A DNA stretch of 64,000 nucleotides from an uncultured Alphaproteobacteria bacterium (lineage in GTDB: Bacteria; Pseudomonadota; Alphaproteobacteria; RF32; CAG-239): the NCBI GenBank assembly GCA_944393725.1, contig CALYBC010000020.1, positions 6,103 through 70,102 of the forward strand, read 5' to 3'. The notes under the pieces were generated by a model. It did not search any database and was not told where the DNA came from. It saw nothing but the letters and a program-made list of their open reading frames with translations. This document shows positions 24,505 through 33,209 of the stretch, one piece after another. The position numbers and the translations under genes are program-made. Every line of letters begins with the position of its first letter. Position 1 is the stretch's first letter.

Positions 24505-27500
24505 TTACCAATAATTTGCACAGTAGGGTTCGGTAGGATCATTATAATCATCCTCTTGTGCTTTTAAACTATTTTCATACTTATCTACAGCGGCACTATC
24601 GGCTTCGGCTTTTTTTATTTCGGAATTAATGTCGTCGATATCTGCCGTAACCGATGATACCTTCATAACATAATTTTTATCTTGTTCCATTACATATATC
24701 AAGGTATTTAAATCACCTATTTTTTCTTTTACCGGTTCATTATCCGTTGTATCCGTGGCCGATATTACTGCCTGTGCTGAGGATATTTTTTGTTTTTCTA
24801 TGTCTTTTAGCTTATTGACTGCAAGATTATAATCACTTTCGTTTCTTAGATCAAAATCTTCGGTGGGAGAAAATCCATATTCTTCAAGAGAAGCAACTAA
24901 ATCTTCCATATCTTTTTCATATCTTTGTTGGTATTCTTCCAAATTTTCTTTCTGTAGTTTTTCATTCTCGACATGGCGCAAAAAATCTCCGATCTGATTA
25001 CGAGAAATAGAGGCATGATTGCCCAGAGATATTTTATTTTTTTTGGCATCAGTCAGCTTGGTACTGTCCTCATTTGCCAACATGTCGGAATAAGTGTTAT
25101 ACAATCGTTTTCTTATTTTAAGATTATTTTTCTTATCGGCTTCCAATATCATACCAAGTTCACTATATTCACAGCCGGGTTTCTCTACACCGCTGGTATT
25201 TAAACCTAAATCGACTTTGGAATCGTACATGCTATGGTATAACTTACCGTTTTTGACTTTTACAAGTATACAACGCGGTAGTGAGCCTTTGGCTAAATCT
25301 TTACGAGCACGGTAATTGCCGCTGGTATTGATATCTAATACTTCGCTATAACCATCGACCACGCAGGGCATTATACCTCCGCGGGAAAAGGCTTCGTTAT
25401 AACAACCTATATCCAGAGCTTCTTTGAGATTAAAGTCGCTTTCAATAAAGGCATTTTGCTTTAACATATCCTGCCAAATTTGCGGAACTTCACCGCCATA
25501 GTTTAAGAATTCTGAAGCAGTAATACTTCTTTTTTCAAGACCTTTACCTGTCGGTTTGATTCCGCCAAAATCCGTACTGTCAAAGTGAAAAACCTCTCTG
25601 ACGGGCGGCAACGAATAGTCGGGAATTGCATACGGAGCTTTCATGTCCCTGGCCTTGGGCGCTGCTCCGACAAAAAATCCTTCGCTCTCGGTTCCGCTGT
25701 CTGTTGCCAATAATTTGGCATAAACAGCAACATTGTTGATTTCGACAACTCCGGAAAGACTGTAGGCTAAAGTTAGAGCCTTAAGCTTTGATATCATCTC
25801 GTTGTGTATGGCTACAATTTTGGAATGTGAGGACGGTAAGTACAGACTATCTCCCATTGCCATAATCCGATTATAGCTTTCATCTACGATAATATCTACC
25901 TGTTTGTACAACGCATTTAGTGAACGATTAGCGGCTGTCTCTGCCGAAAGCATGGTAAATACCACATCTATGGCCGGGTTATCTTCGGCTTTTTCTTTTA
26001 GAATTGCCCTTAAATTCTTTTTTACATCTTTGGCATAGTCTTCCGAACTGGCTGTGGCAGCCGTTGCAACATCTGCCTTAATCTTATCTGCCGCATCGGC
26101 TTTTTTATCCATACTATTGGCGGCACTTTCTTGCATCGCCAGCTTGGCTTCGGCTATCTTATCATCCAAAGATGCTAATTCCGTCTCGTATTTTGATAGT
26201 ATTTTTTTGTTGGATGATATACTGTTGTTTAGAGTTTTGATTCTGCTGTCATTGGTATTGGCTGATATGTTGGACTGAGCTACTTCACTCAAGGCATCAA
26301 CACCGATTATTTTTTCGTTATCGGCAGGAATTACCGTCGAATCGACATCAGGGTATACTACCTTGGCATTTACGGTACTATCCAGATCTTGAAGAGCATT
26401 ATCTTGTGCCACCGACCTCATGTCGGCAACTTCATCGCTGGCTGAAGAAATTTTACCGTTAACATCATCCATCTTGGCAATCAGCTCTTCGCGTTGTTTT
26501 TCCAGAGAATCAAGACTTGACTTCATTGAACCACTGTATTGCGATAAGGCGGCCGAACTATCTTGCTGATTTTGCAAAATCTTGGCAGCAGCCTCTTTTT
26601 GGATGTTGCGTAGATTTTGTTGATATTTAGTATCGGAAATATCCTGATTTTTACCTTGCAAACGAGATACAACTATGGCCAAAACATCATTTTTGGTGTA
26701 TTGTTTTAAGTACTCTTTTATATTTTCGTACTTGCGTTTCAGGTATTGACCATAGAAGCTTTTAGTATCGGTCCATATCATTTTATTATTATTGGGATTT
26801 CCCCATTTTTTGGGCTCTTGTGCTAACATTTTGGCCGCTTCGGCACCAATCTGCCATGACATCATATCACTTTTTCGACCTTCGTCTTGCGAGGTTTCTT
26901 GTTGGCTTTTGTTTATAGATACATCTATATTTTGTCCGGCTTCTTCAGATTTTTGCATGTCCGGATCATCGGATAATGCCTCCAATTCTTCGCTGTCTAA
27001 AGATATTTGCGCAACATCTTCGGCCTCAACCGTAGTGGTTTCGGCAGCCTTTGCCGTTTCATATGCATCTATCGCCCATGCAGATATTCCTTTGCGTAAA
27101 TCGTGGCGATTTACATTTTCTCCTAGTGAAACACCCGACCATACGGTTACCGGATTACTAAAGTAGTGTGAAAGGTATTTAATGGCACATTGCTCAGAGC
27201 TTTTTAACCTTTGAAGGCTTTCATTATAGTCATCTTGCATTTTTATAAGCTCTTCTGCCGTTTTGCGATATTCTTTTATCTGCTTAATCATATTGTGAGC
27301 ATTCATCGCCGTGGTAACATCGGTTTCGGCCGAGCTTAGGCTGTCAAGTGCGGCTAGTTTATCTTCGGCAGCGACTAAAGGATGTTCGTTATCGGCTTCG
27401 GCCGGAGATACAAATTCAACCGTCTGCTTTACCAATCTTATAGACTCATCATTTTGCATTACGGCAGCGGCTTCAATATCCGACAGACTGCCGGAAACCG

Positions 27501-28338
27501 AATTATAAGACACTTGTGCAAACGCTAAAGGAAAGCTTTGGCGAATACTAAAGGCATAATCTTGCCTTTTATGCGCTCTCTCAATTAGTGAGGAAGTATT
27601 GCCCGAAGATTTTGTCTGCACTTGCGGGGAAATTTTCTTCATCATTTGTACGGCTTTAAGGCGAGCTTTTAACGCGGCAACGCTTTCCCAAAGTCTGACG
27701 ACGCTGTCGTATGCTTCCAAAGTTTTGCCGTAGGCATATAAAACCTCGTTGTTGCCACCATCGTCACTGGAAGGATAGCCGCATAATTCTCCGTCTCCTT
27801 CGGCACAAGACTTAGCTATTTCGATTTTTGAACTAATTTCATTTTCAACATCTTGTTGCATGATTTTTGATGCTATATATATCGCGTATATATTGTTTAT
27901 ATAGAATAAATCGCGCTGCTTCATCACGGCATTTTTATGAGCTATACGGTCATTTTTGTAGGTTAGTAGTATCTCTTTCATTTTTTGGGCCATCTGGCGA
28001 ACTCTGATATCTTCTATATCGTAACCACAGTAGCCTGATTTGCTTTGACCGGGAAGACCGTCTACCTCTAGTATGGCTCCGCTTTTTATGTTGTTAAAGG
28101 TGGTTGTTGCGGCTGATTGCATGTTACTGATATCTGCTTTTCCTTGCAAAATTATTTGCTGGCTTTGATTTATGGTGCTTTGTAGATTTCCGGCTACCTG
28201 CGTTACTTCTTCAGGAATATCTAGTGTAATAGATGTGGGAAGAGCGTGATATGCAAAATCCCACGGCATTTGTGCATAAACACCGCTCGGAGCAAGGGAG
28301 ATAAATAAAATTAAAAAATATCCAACCAGCTTTTTCAT
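24505..28338 (-). CDS. 1277-aa secreted, largely alpha-helical/coiled-coil protein, function unknown (in the virB5/virB6 slot)
   Basis: Signal peptide MKKLVGYFLILFISLAPSGVYAQ. Long heptad-like Q/E/K/A/S-rich stretches. The SFPLAFAQV motif is shared with the 386-aa protein (SYPLAFASI). One C-x7-C loop (CAEGDGELC) and several further Cys in the C-terminal ~350 aa. Confidence 0.75.
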   Translation of the reverse strand: MKKLVGYFLILFISLAPSGVYAQMPWDFAYHALPTSITLDIPEEVTQVAGNLQSTINQSQQIILQGKADISNMQSAATTTFNNIKSGAILEVDGLPGQSKSGYCGYDIEDIRVRQMAQKMKEILLTYKNDRIAHKNAVMKQRDLFYINNIYAIYIASKIMQQDVENEISSKIEIAKSCAEGDGELCGYPSSDDGGNNEVLYAYGKTLEAYDSVVRLWESVAALKARLKAVQMMKKISPQVQTKSSGNTSSLIERAHKRQDYAFSIRQSFPLAFAQVSYNSVSGSLSDIEAAAVMQNDESIRLVKQTVEFVSPAEADNEHPLVAAEDKLAALDSLSSAETDVTTAMNAHNMIKQIKEYRKTAEELIKMQDDYNESLQRLKSSEQCAIKYLSHYFSNPVTVWSGVSLGENVNRHDLRKGISAWAIDAYETAKAAETTTVEAEDVAQISLDSEELEALSDDPDMQKSEEAGQNIDVSINKSQQETSQDEGRKSDMMSWQIGAEAAKMLAQEPKKWGNPNNNKMIWTDTKSFYGQYLKRKYENIKEYLKQYTKNDVLAIVVSRLQGKNQDISDTKYQQNLRNIQKEAAAKILQNQQDSSAALSQYSGSMKSSLDSLEKQREELIAKMDDVNGKISSASDEVADMRSVAQDNALQDLDSTVNAKVVYPDVDSTVIPADNEKIIGVDALSEVAQSNISANTNDSRIKTLNNSISSNKKILSKYETELASLDDKIAEAKLAMQESAANSMDKKADAADKIKADVATAATASSEDYAKDVKKNLRAILKEKAEDNPAIDVVFTMLSAETAANRSLNALYKQVDIIVDESYNRIMAMGDSLYLPSSHSKIVAIHNEMISKLKALTLAYSLSGVVEINNVAVYAKLLATDSGTESEGFFVGAAPKARDMKAPYAIPDYSLPPVREVFHFDSTDFGGIKPTGKGLEKRSITASEFLNYGGEVPQIWQDMLKQNAFIESDFNLKEALDIGCYNEAFSRGGIMPCVVDGYSEVLDINTSGNYRARKDLAKGSLPRCILVKVKNGKLYHSMYDSKVDLGLNTSGVEKPGCEYSELGMILEADKKNNLKIRKRLYNTYSDMLANEDSTKLTDAKKNKISLGNHASISRNQIGDFLRHVENEKLQKENLEEYQQRYEKDMEDLVASLEEYGFSPTEDFDLRNESDYNLAVNKLKDIEKQKISSAQAVISATDTTDNEPVKEKIGDLNTLIYVMEQDKNYVMKVSSVTADIDDINSEIKKAEADSAAVDKYENSLKAQEDDYNDPTEPYCANYW

Positions 28339-28348
28339 CTCTTTTCTC

Positions 28349-29704
28349 CTAGAACATCATACCACCGGAAACGCCGAGACTTCCGCTCAAATCAGATCCT
28401 ACATCTTGAACCTGTTCGACTATCTCTTTTCCGTCCTCAACTTTGTCTTGAACCCCTTGAACCGTATTTTGGGCAGATTCATAGGTGTTTTTGGCCTTAT
28501 CAACCACACTGCCGGCTTGTTCGATTATATTGCCACTTGTTTCTTCTTCCACTTCATAAGCACAAACATCCGTGGACGACATCGTAGGATCTACAGGAGT
28601 GTTGTTGGTTGCAATAATAACCATGGTTTCTGCTTCTATGGCCTTAAGTTCCATAATTAAATATGCTTGCAACGCGGTCATTTGATTGACTATATCTTTA
28701 ATGGCAAATTGAACCGTTTCTGATTTCCCGTTTACCGTTTCCGAGGTGGCGGAAATATTTTCTTGTGCTTCTTGCGTATCAATGGTCGAACTTATTGATG
28801 TGGTTGCCGCGGAATATGCATCCAAAACCGCATCATATCCGGCATCTTCTTTGGCTTCTTGCTTTTTAATACGATCAATCTCACCTACTTTCTCATCCGT
28901 CTTAAACGAAAATTCTTCCATCGATTTAGTTATTTCTTCCTCGGGGGACATCATCTCAACTTCTACATATGTGTCTGTCGTAAGTTTACCTAGCTCCATG
29001 GTTAAATCGGTAATTTTCTGTTTTTGTTTTTCCGTCTTTTCTTTATAGTCATCTTCTATGGATTGCGTGTCTGTGGCCAGAGCTTCTTCTATTGTTGCGC
29101 GTTCCGCGTTTAGGGAGCTTATGGCCGCCTCATTATCTTGCCTAAAAGCAGCAATATCCAGTTGTATAGCGGCTTTTCTATCCTCATCGTTTGTATTTGC
29201 CAATTCCTGCTCATAAATGGCCACACTGGTTTCAAAATTATCTTGGGCCTGCTTTATCTTTTCTTCCAAAACTTTACGCTCAGCCTCTGAGGAAGACTTT
29301 AAATCGGAAAGTTCCTGCTCCTTTTGCTTTTCGAGATTTCTTAGATTAATCCCTTCTTGGGCTATTTCTTTCGACAACAAGGCTATCTTGTACTCAGGCG
29401 AGTCTACTACCGCTCCCTTAACTTTGTTATATGTATCCAAAGCCTTATTATAAGTATCTTGTGCGTACTGTATTCCTTCCTTGGCGGCCTTTATTCCATC
29501 ACCGATGAAAGTTGCAAACTGTGATTCACTTATTTGTTCCATAACCGTTTGGTAATTTTCTTGCTGCTTTTGCACCCAATCAGAGAATTTACCGCCGGTT
29601 TTGCTTATATCTATCTTAAATATATCTTGAGCAATCGCGTTACTGCCGACAAATACCGTCAGCAATATGAGTGATAGAATAATGTTCCTTGCCTGTTTTT
29701 TCAT
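28349..29704 (-). CDS. 451-aa secreted coiled-coil protein, function unknown
   Basis: Signal peptide ending NAIAQD, E/K/Q/T-rich helical sequence, and a Gly-rich C-terminus (SLGVSGGMMF). 10-nt gaps to both neighbours. Confidence 0.7.
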   Translation of the reverse strand: MKKQARNIILSLILLTVFVGSNAIAQDIFKIDISKTGGKFSDWVQKQQENYQTVMEQISESQFATFIGDGIKAAKEGIQYAQDTYNKALDTYNKVKGAVVDSPEYKIALLSKEIAQEGINLRNLEKQKEQELSDLKSSSEAERKVLEEKIKQAQDNFETSVAIYEQELANTNDEDRKAAIQLDIAAFRQDNEAAISSLNAERATIEEALATDTQSIEDDYKEKTEKQKQKITDLTMELGKLTTDTYVEVEMMSPEEEITKSMEEFSFKTDEKVGEIDRIKKQEAKEDAGYDAVLDAYSAATTSISSTIDTQEAQENISATSETVNGKSETVQFAIKDIVNQMTALQAYLIMELKAIEAETMVIIATNNTPVDPTMSSTDVCAYEVEEETSGNIIEQAGSVVDKAKNTYESAQNTVQGVQDKVEDGKEIVEQVQDVGSDLSGSLGVSGGMMF

Positions 29705-29714
29705 ATTACTACCC

Positions 29715-30254
29715 TCACTTTAACACTTCACAATCTTCAACATATTCATATCGACCACCGGATAACGCACGAAAAGATGAGTAAGTATCCTCCGGTAACT
29801 TGTCCAGCTCATCTAATGCATCAAGCATTACAATACCTGCCTCAAAAGAGTTAATGATATTCAGACGACGAGAGATGTCCGCCATCCTTTGGACAATTTC
29901 TTTTTCAAGAATGGCTATTTCGTTGGAAACATCACCTGATGAAGAGGTATCAGTCTTTTCGGCTTCTATGTACGCGGATATCTTTAATGACTGTGCATAT
30001 AAATTGGAAACATAATTGGTCAACACATCGTATTTATTTTGGGTCGCCGTGGTTGCTTGGCCGCGTCCTGGCTTAACCAATCTGGCAATTAAACAGCGAT
30101 AGTAACTGTTATCTTCAATATCAGAATCGCCAACCGGAGATAACCATAGTAACTCGGGATCTCCCTTAACCTGAGATTTGGCATAAGATAATGTCGAACA
30201 GCACATAATCAGAGCCAATATAATAACCGTAATGTTAAAAAACTTACCTAACAT
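29715..30254 (-). CDS. 179-aa secreted protein, small member of duplicated module copy 2
   Basis: Signal peptide ILALIMCCSTLSYAKS. NYVSNLYAQSLKISAYIEAEK ... RRLNIINSFEAGIVML parallels DYVGEYIYKSVKSLVSSGEYE ... SSINLINVNNILSVL of 31398..31961. Confidence 0.65.
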   Translation of the reverse strand: MLGKFFNITVIILALIMCCSTLSYAKSQVKGDPELLWLSPVGDSDIEDNSYYRCLIARLVKPGRGQATTATQNKYDVLTNYVSNLYAQSLKISAYIEAEKTDTSSSGDVSNEIAILEKEIVQRMADISRRLNIINSFEAGIVMLDALDELDKLPEDTYSSFRALSGGRYEYVEDCEVLK

Positions 30255-31380
30255 TTGCTTTCTCCAATATTTGTGCCGGTTGCAATGTTTTTTGCTGGCT
30301 GACGGCAGGGGTTAAGACCAACCCTTCGGACGTAATCTTAGCTCTGTTGGCTCCGGTGTCTGTTCCTTTATAGTTGCTTAATTGCTGTTGAATGCTCATA
30401 GAGCTTGTTGCCTCGACGGTGGTTTTAGGCGTGGATTTGTTCTCTGCCGCCGCTTTCATGACATCTGTCAATGAAACCGATGATGATTCCTGCTCAATAC
30501 TTTCAAATTGTGTGGGAACCGCTATTGATTGAGTTTTTGTTGCGTCTTGAGCTAAAACTGCCGCCGATGTGATTGCTTCGGCTTTGCCTGCTATAGCCGG
30601 CTGTTCTGAACTGATTGTGGGAGAAGCAGTTATAATTTCTGTAGGAGAAATTGTTGCTGGCGAAACGGTCGCTTGCGGAATAGTGCTTACCCTCTCTACT
30701 CTTTGAGCCGGCATAAATGTCGCCTGATTATCATTGTTTGTCACTTGCGAGGCTTTTATTGTGGCGGTTATCGGCGTAACAGCTGTCGGCTCGGCTTTTT
30801 CATTTTGTGTGTTTGTGTCAGTAATTTCGGTTTCGTTACTGGCTGCAGCGTTATCCGTATTTTCTTCCGGCACGGCTTCTTGGGTATTGTCATCCGTACC
30901 GGTTGCTTCTTTGATGGTGCCTGCGACCTCTTTGCCCGTATCTATTATATCCTCGACTTCTGATTTGTAGTTACGGTACATATCTCTTATCTCGTTTCCT
31001 TCCGCAATTGCTTCATCTGCCATAGCCTTATACTCCAAGGCTTTTGCATTCAAGCGATTGTATTTTTCCAGCAATTCTTCTTTGCGTTCTTTGGCGGTTT
31101 CTATGCGATCTTGAACTTTTTCGGCTTTTTCTTTGACGACTTCGGCTTTTTCTTTGTATTTTTCCAGACGGCCGAGATTTATGTTGTCAAGGCTCAAACT
31201 TACTTTAGTCGTAAGAATTTTACGCGCTATTCCCGAATATTTCTTTTGAACCAGCCCTGCCTGTTTGAGATAACTGTTACTCTGGGTAAGAACATTAGAC
31301 AGCAAATCGGTTCCTGCAAAAGCTCTTTGCCCTTGCAGCAAAAACATAAAAGCTATCCATGTTGCTATCCAAACTCTCAT
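30244..31380 (-). CDS. 378-aa secreted coiled-coil protein, large member of duplicated module copy 2
   Basis: Signal peptide ending RAFAGT. KEKAEKVQDRIETAKERKEELLEKYNRLNAKALEYKAMADEAIAEG parallels KEKLQEKLDKIEEYKKKAEEYKAMALSYKEEAEE ... EYKAMAEEGIE of 31971..33131. T/S/A/Q-rich C-terminal half. Confidence 0.7.
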   Translation of the reverse strand: MRVWIATWIAFMFLLQGQRAFAGTDLLSNVLTQSNSYLKQAGLVQKKYSGIARKILTTKVSLSLDNINLGRLEKYKEKAEVVKEKAEKVQDRIETAKERKEELLEKYNRLNAKALEYKAMADEAIAEGNEIRDMYRNYKSEVEDIIDTGKEVAGTIKEATGTDDNTQEAVPEENTDNAAASNETEITDTNTQNEKAEPTAVTPITATIKASQVTNNDNQATFMPAQRVERVSTIPQATVSPATISPTEIITASPTISSEQPAIAGKAEAITSAAVLAQDATKTQSIAVPTQFESIEQESSSVSLTDVMKAAAENKSTPKTTVEATSSMSIQQQLSNYKGTDTGANRAKITSEGLVLTPAVSQQKTLQPAQILEKANVR

Positions 31381-31397
31381 TTCTCCCTCTCTCTAAA

Positions 31398-31961
31398 TCA
31401 GGATGGTGGCAGTGCCAAATCATTATCTTCGGTATTAACATCAACTTGCGGAACCAAAACAGATAATATATTATTAACATTGATGAGGTTTATGCTGGAA
31501 GCCCGCAAATCTATCGCCTCCAAAAACAACGAGGAATTATCAGACGAGATTTTGTTATTTGCCTCCATCTTTTCGCGGCTGTCATTATCTAAACTAACCG
31601 TTTCTAATGGATTTTCTCCGATTAACTCATCTATATGATCTTCATACTCTCCCGACGAAACCAAAGATTTGACAGATTTATATATATATTCTCCGACATA
31701 GTCGTGCATTATTGCCGAGCGCTCCGCGTCATATGATACATAGCCAGTTATAATACCTGTCTTATAGTCATAAGCCAGTCTGTTTATACAATCACCGGTA
31801 ATTATGGGATCACCGGAGCTTAATCCACATCTTTTGGCTAAAACTTCCGACACGATTAAATTACCGTTGGCATCACGGCCATTATCGGCCATTGCGGCTA
31901 AGGCGGCGAATGAACCAAGGCTAAAACCTAAAAAAAACAGATATTTAAGATATTTTAGCAT
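31398..31961 (-). CDS. 187-aa secreted protein, small member of duplicated module copy 1
   Basis: Signal peptide FFLGFSLGSFAALAAMA. Paralogous to 29715..30254 (see that entry). Confidence 0.65.
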   Translation of the reverse strand: MLKYLKYLFFLGFSLGSFAALAAMADNGRDANGNLIVSEVLAKRCGLSSGDPIITGDCINRLAYDYKTGIITGYVSYDAERSAIMHDYVGEYIYKSVKSLVSSGEYEDHIDELIGENPLETVSLDNDSREKMEANNKISSDNSSLFLEAIDLRASSINLINVNNILSVLVPQVDVNTEDNDLALPPS

Positions 31962-31970
31962 CTGTGCCTC

Positions 31971-33131
31971 CTATTCTTCCTCTTCCTGAGGCAGATCAGC
32001 ATAAATATATGAATTATATGATTGTATACCGAGTTGCCGTGCCCATAAACGGCGTAGAGAGTTGTATCGAGTACCAATGATGCGGTTCATCTCCTTGGCG
32101 TATGCCCAAGCAGAATCTACGGTCTCCATATTGGATGTTGTTACGGGGTCCACCATATTGTTCTTAAAAGTTAAGCTTTCATTATATATGGCAAAAGCTT
32201 CCAAAAAAGAAGCCGTAACATATTCAACATAGCCGTTCATAAAATCTGTTCTTACAGTTGACTTTTCTTGCATATCCGCACCGTCTGAAACTTCGGAATT
32301 TAGCTTTTGGTTAATTTCGGTCAGACACTCGTCAAACTTGCCTTCTTCTGCCGATTCCTCATAATTTAAGTCGCAATATACAGAGATACTATCGGGAACG
32401 ATAAGTACTTTATCGGGAGTACTCCCGCCTTTTAGGGCGTCTATTTCCAGTATGCTGGCAAACGCTAACGGATAACTTGTTTTAATGCGGTGAGGAGTTA
32501 AAAATGAACTCTGAAAAGTTGAACGGGTGGGGGTAGGAGTTGCTTCTTGGGCATTATTTCCGGTGCCAAGCAAATCTCCATCTATTGCAAAATCGCTTTG
32601 TGCGGAATCTACAGCTCCGTTTACCTGATTTTCAATATTGGAGCTTACACCGGCTGCTATTTCATCGGCGTTTTCAACAGTGTCAACAACCGTGTTGCTT
32701 ACATCTTTTACCGTTTCAATCCCTTCTTCGGCCATCGCTTTATATTCTTTGGCTGTGTCTATAGTATCCTCGGCCAACCCCTTGTAGTATGCAACCCGCT
32801 CTTCGGCTTCTTCTTTATATGATAAGGCCATGGCTTTGTATTCTTCGGCTTTTTTCTTGTATTCTTCAATTTTATCTAGCTTTTCTTGTAGCTTTTCTTT
32901 TTGATTACTGATAAATTCAGAAACACTTTTCTTTGCCGTTCCTATGGCTGCCATAGTTTTTTGATATTGCGTAACTTGCGTGATACTTTCTTTGACATTG
33001 TTAATGGTATTGCTGACCTCGGTTGCAGCCTGAATAGTGCCGGGAATATCCGCAGTAGGAATAATGGCGTAAGATGAGCGCGAAAAAAATATGCCAGCTA
33101 ATATCGCAAGTGTCTTTATGTGCCTGTTCAT
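31971..33131 (-). CDS. 386-aa secreted helical protein, large member of duplicated module copy 1; possibly VirB5-like
   Basis: Signal peptide ending SSYA. The mature N-terminus IIPTADIPGTIQAATEVSNTINNVKESITQVTQYQ resembles the IPV-D...Q-rich start of VirB5/TraC-type minor pilins. It is the first gene after virB4. Confidence 0.6.
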   Translation of the reverse strand: MNRHIKTLAILAGIFFSRSSYAIIPTADIPGTIQAATEVSNTINNVKESITQVTQYQKTMAAIGTAKKSVSEFISNQKEKLQEKLDKIEEYKKKAEEYKAMALSYKEEAEERVAYYKGLAEDTIDTAKEYKAMAEEGIETVKDVSNTVVDTVENADEIAAGVSSNIENQVNGAVDSAQSDFAIDGDLLGTGNNAQEATPTPTRSTFQSSFLTPHRIKTSYPLAFASILEIDALKGGSTPDKVLIVPDSISVYCDLNYEESAEEGKFDECLTEINQKLNSEVSDGADMQEKSTVRTDFMNGYVEYVTASFLEAFAIYNESLTFKNNMVDPVTTSNMETVDSAWAYAKEMNRIIGTRYNSLRRLWARQLGIQSYNSYIYADLPQEEEE

Positions 33132-33209
33132 CTCTGTTCTCCCCGTCAGTCAACTTACCTACATTTTATCATATTTCCGGCATAGATTAAATAGGTCAAC
33201 TGCCTTTTG

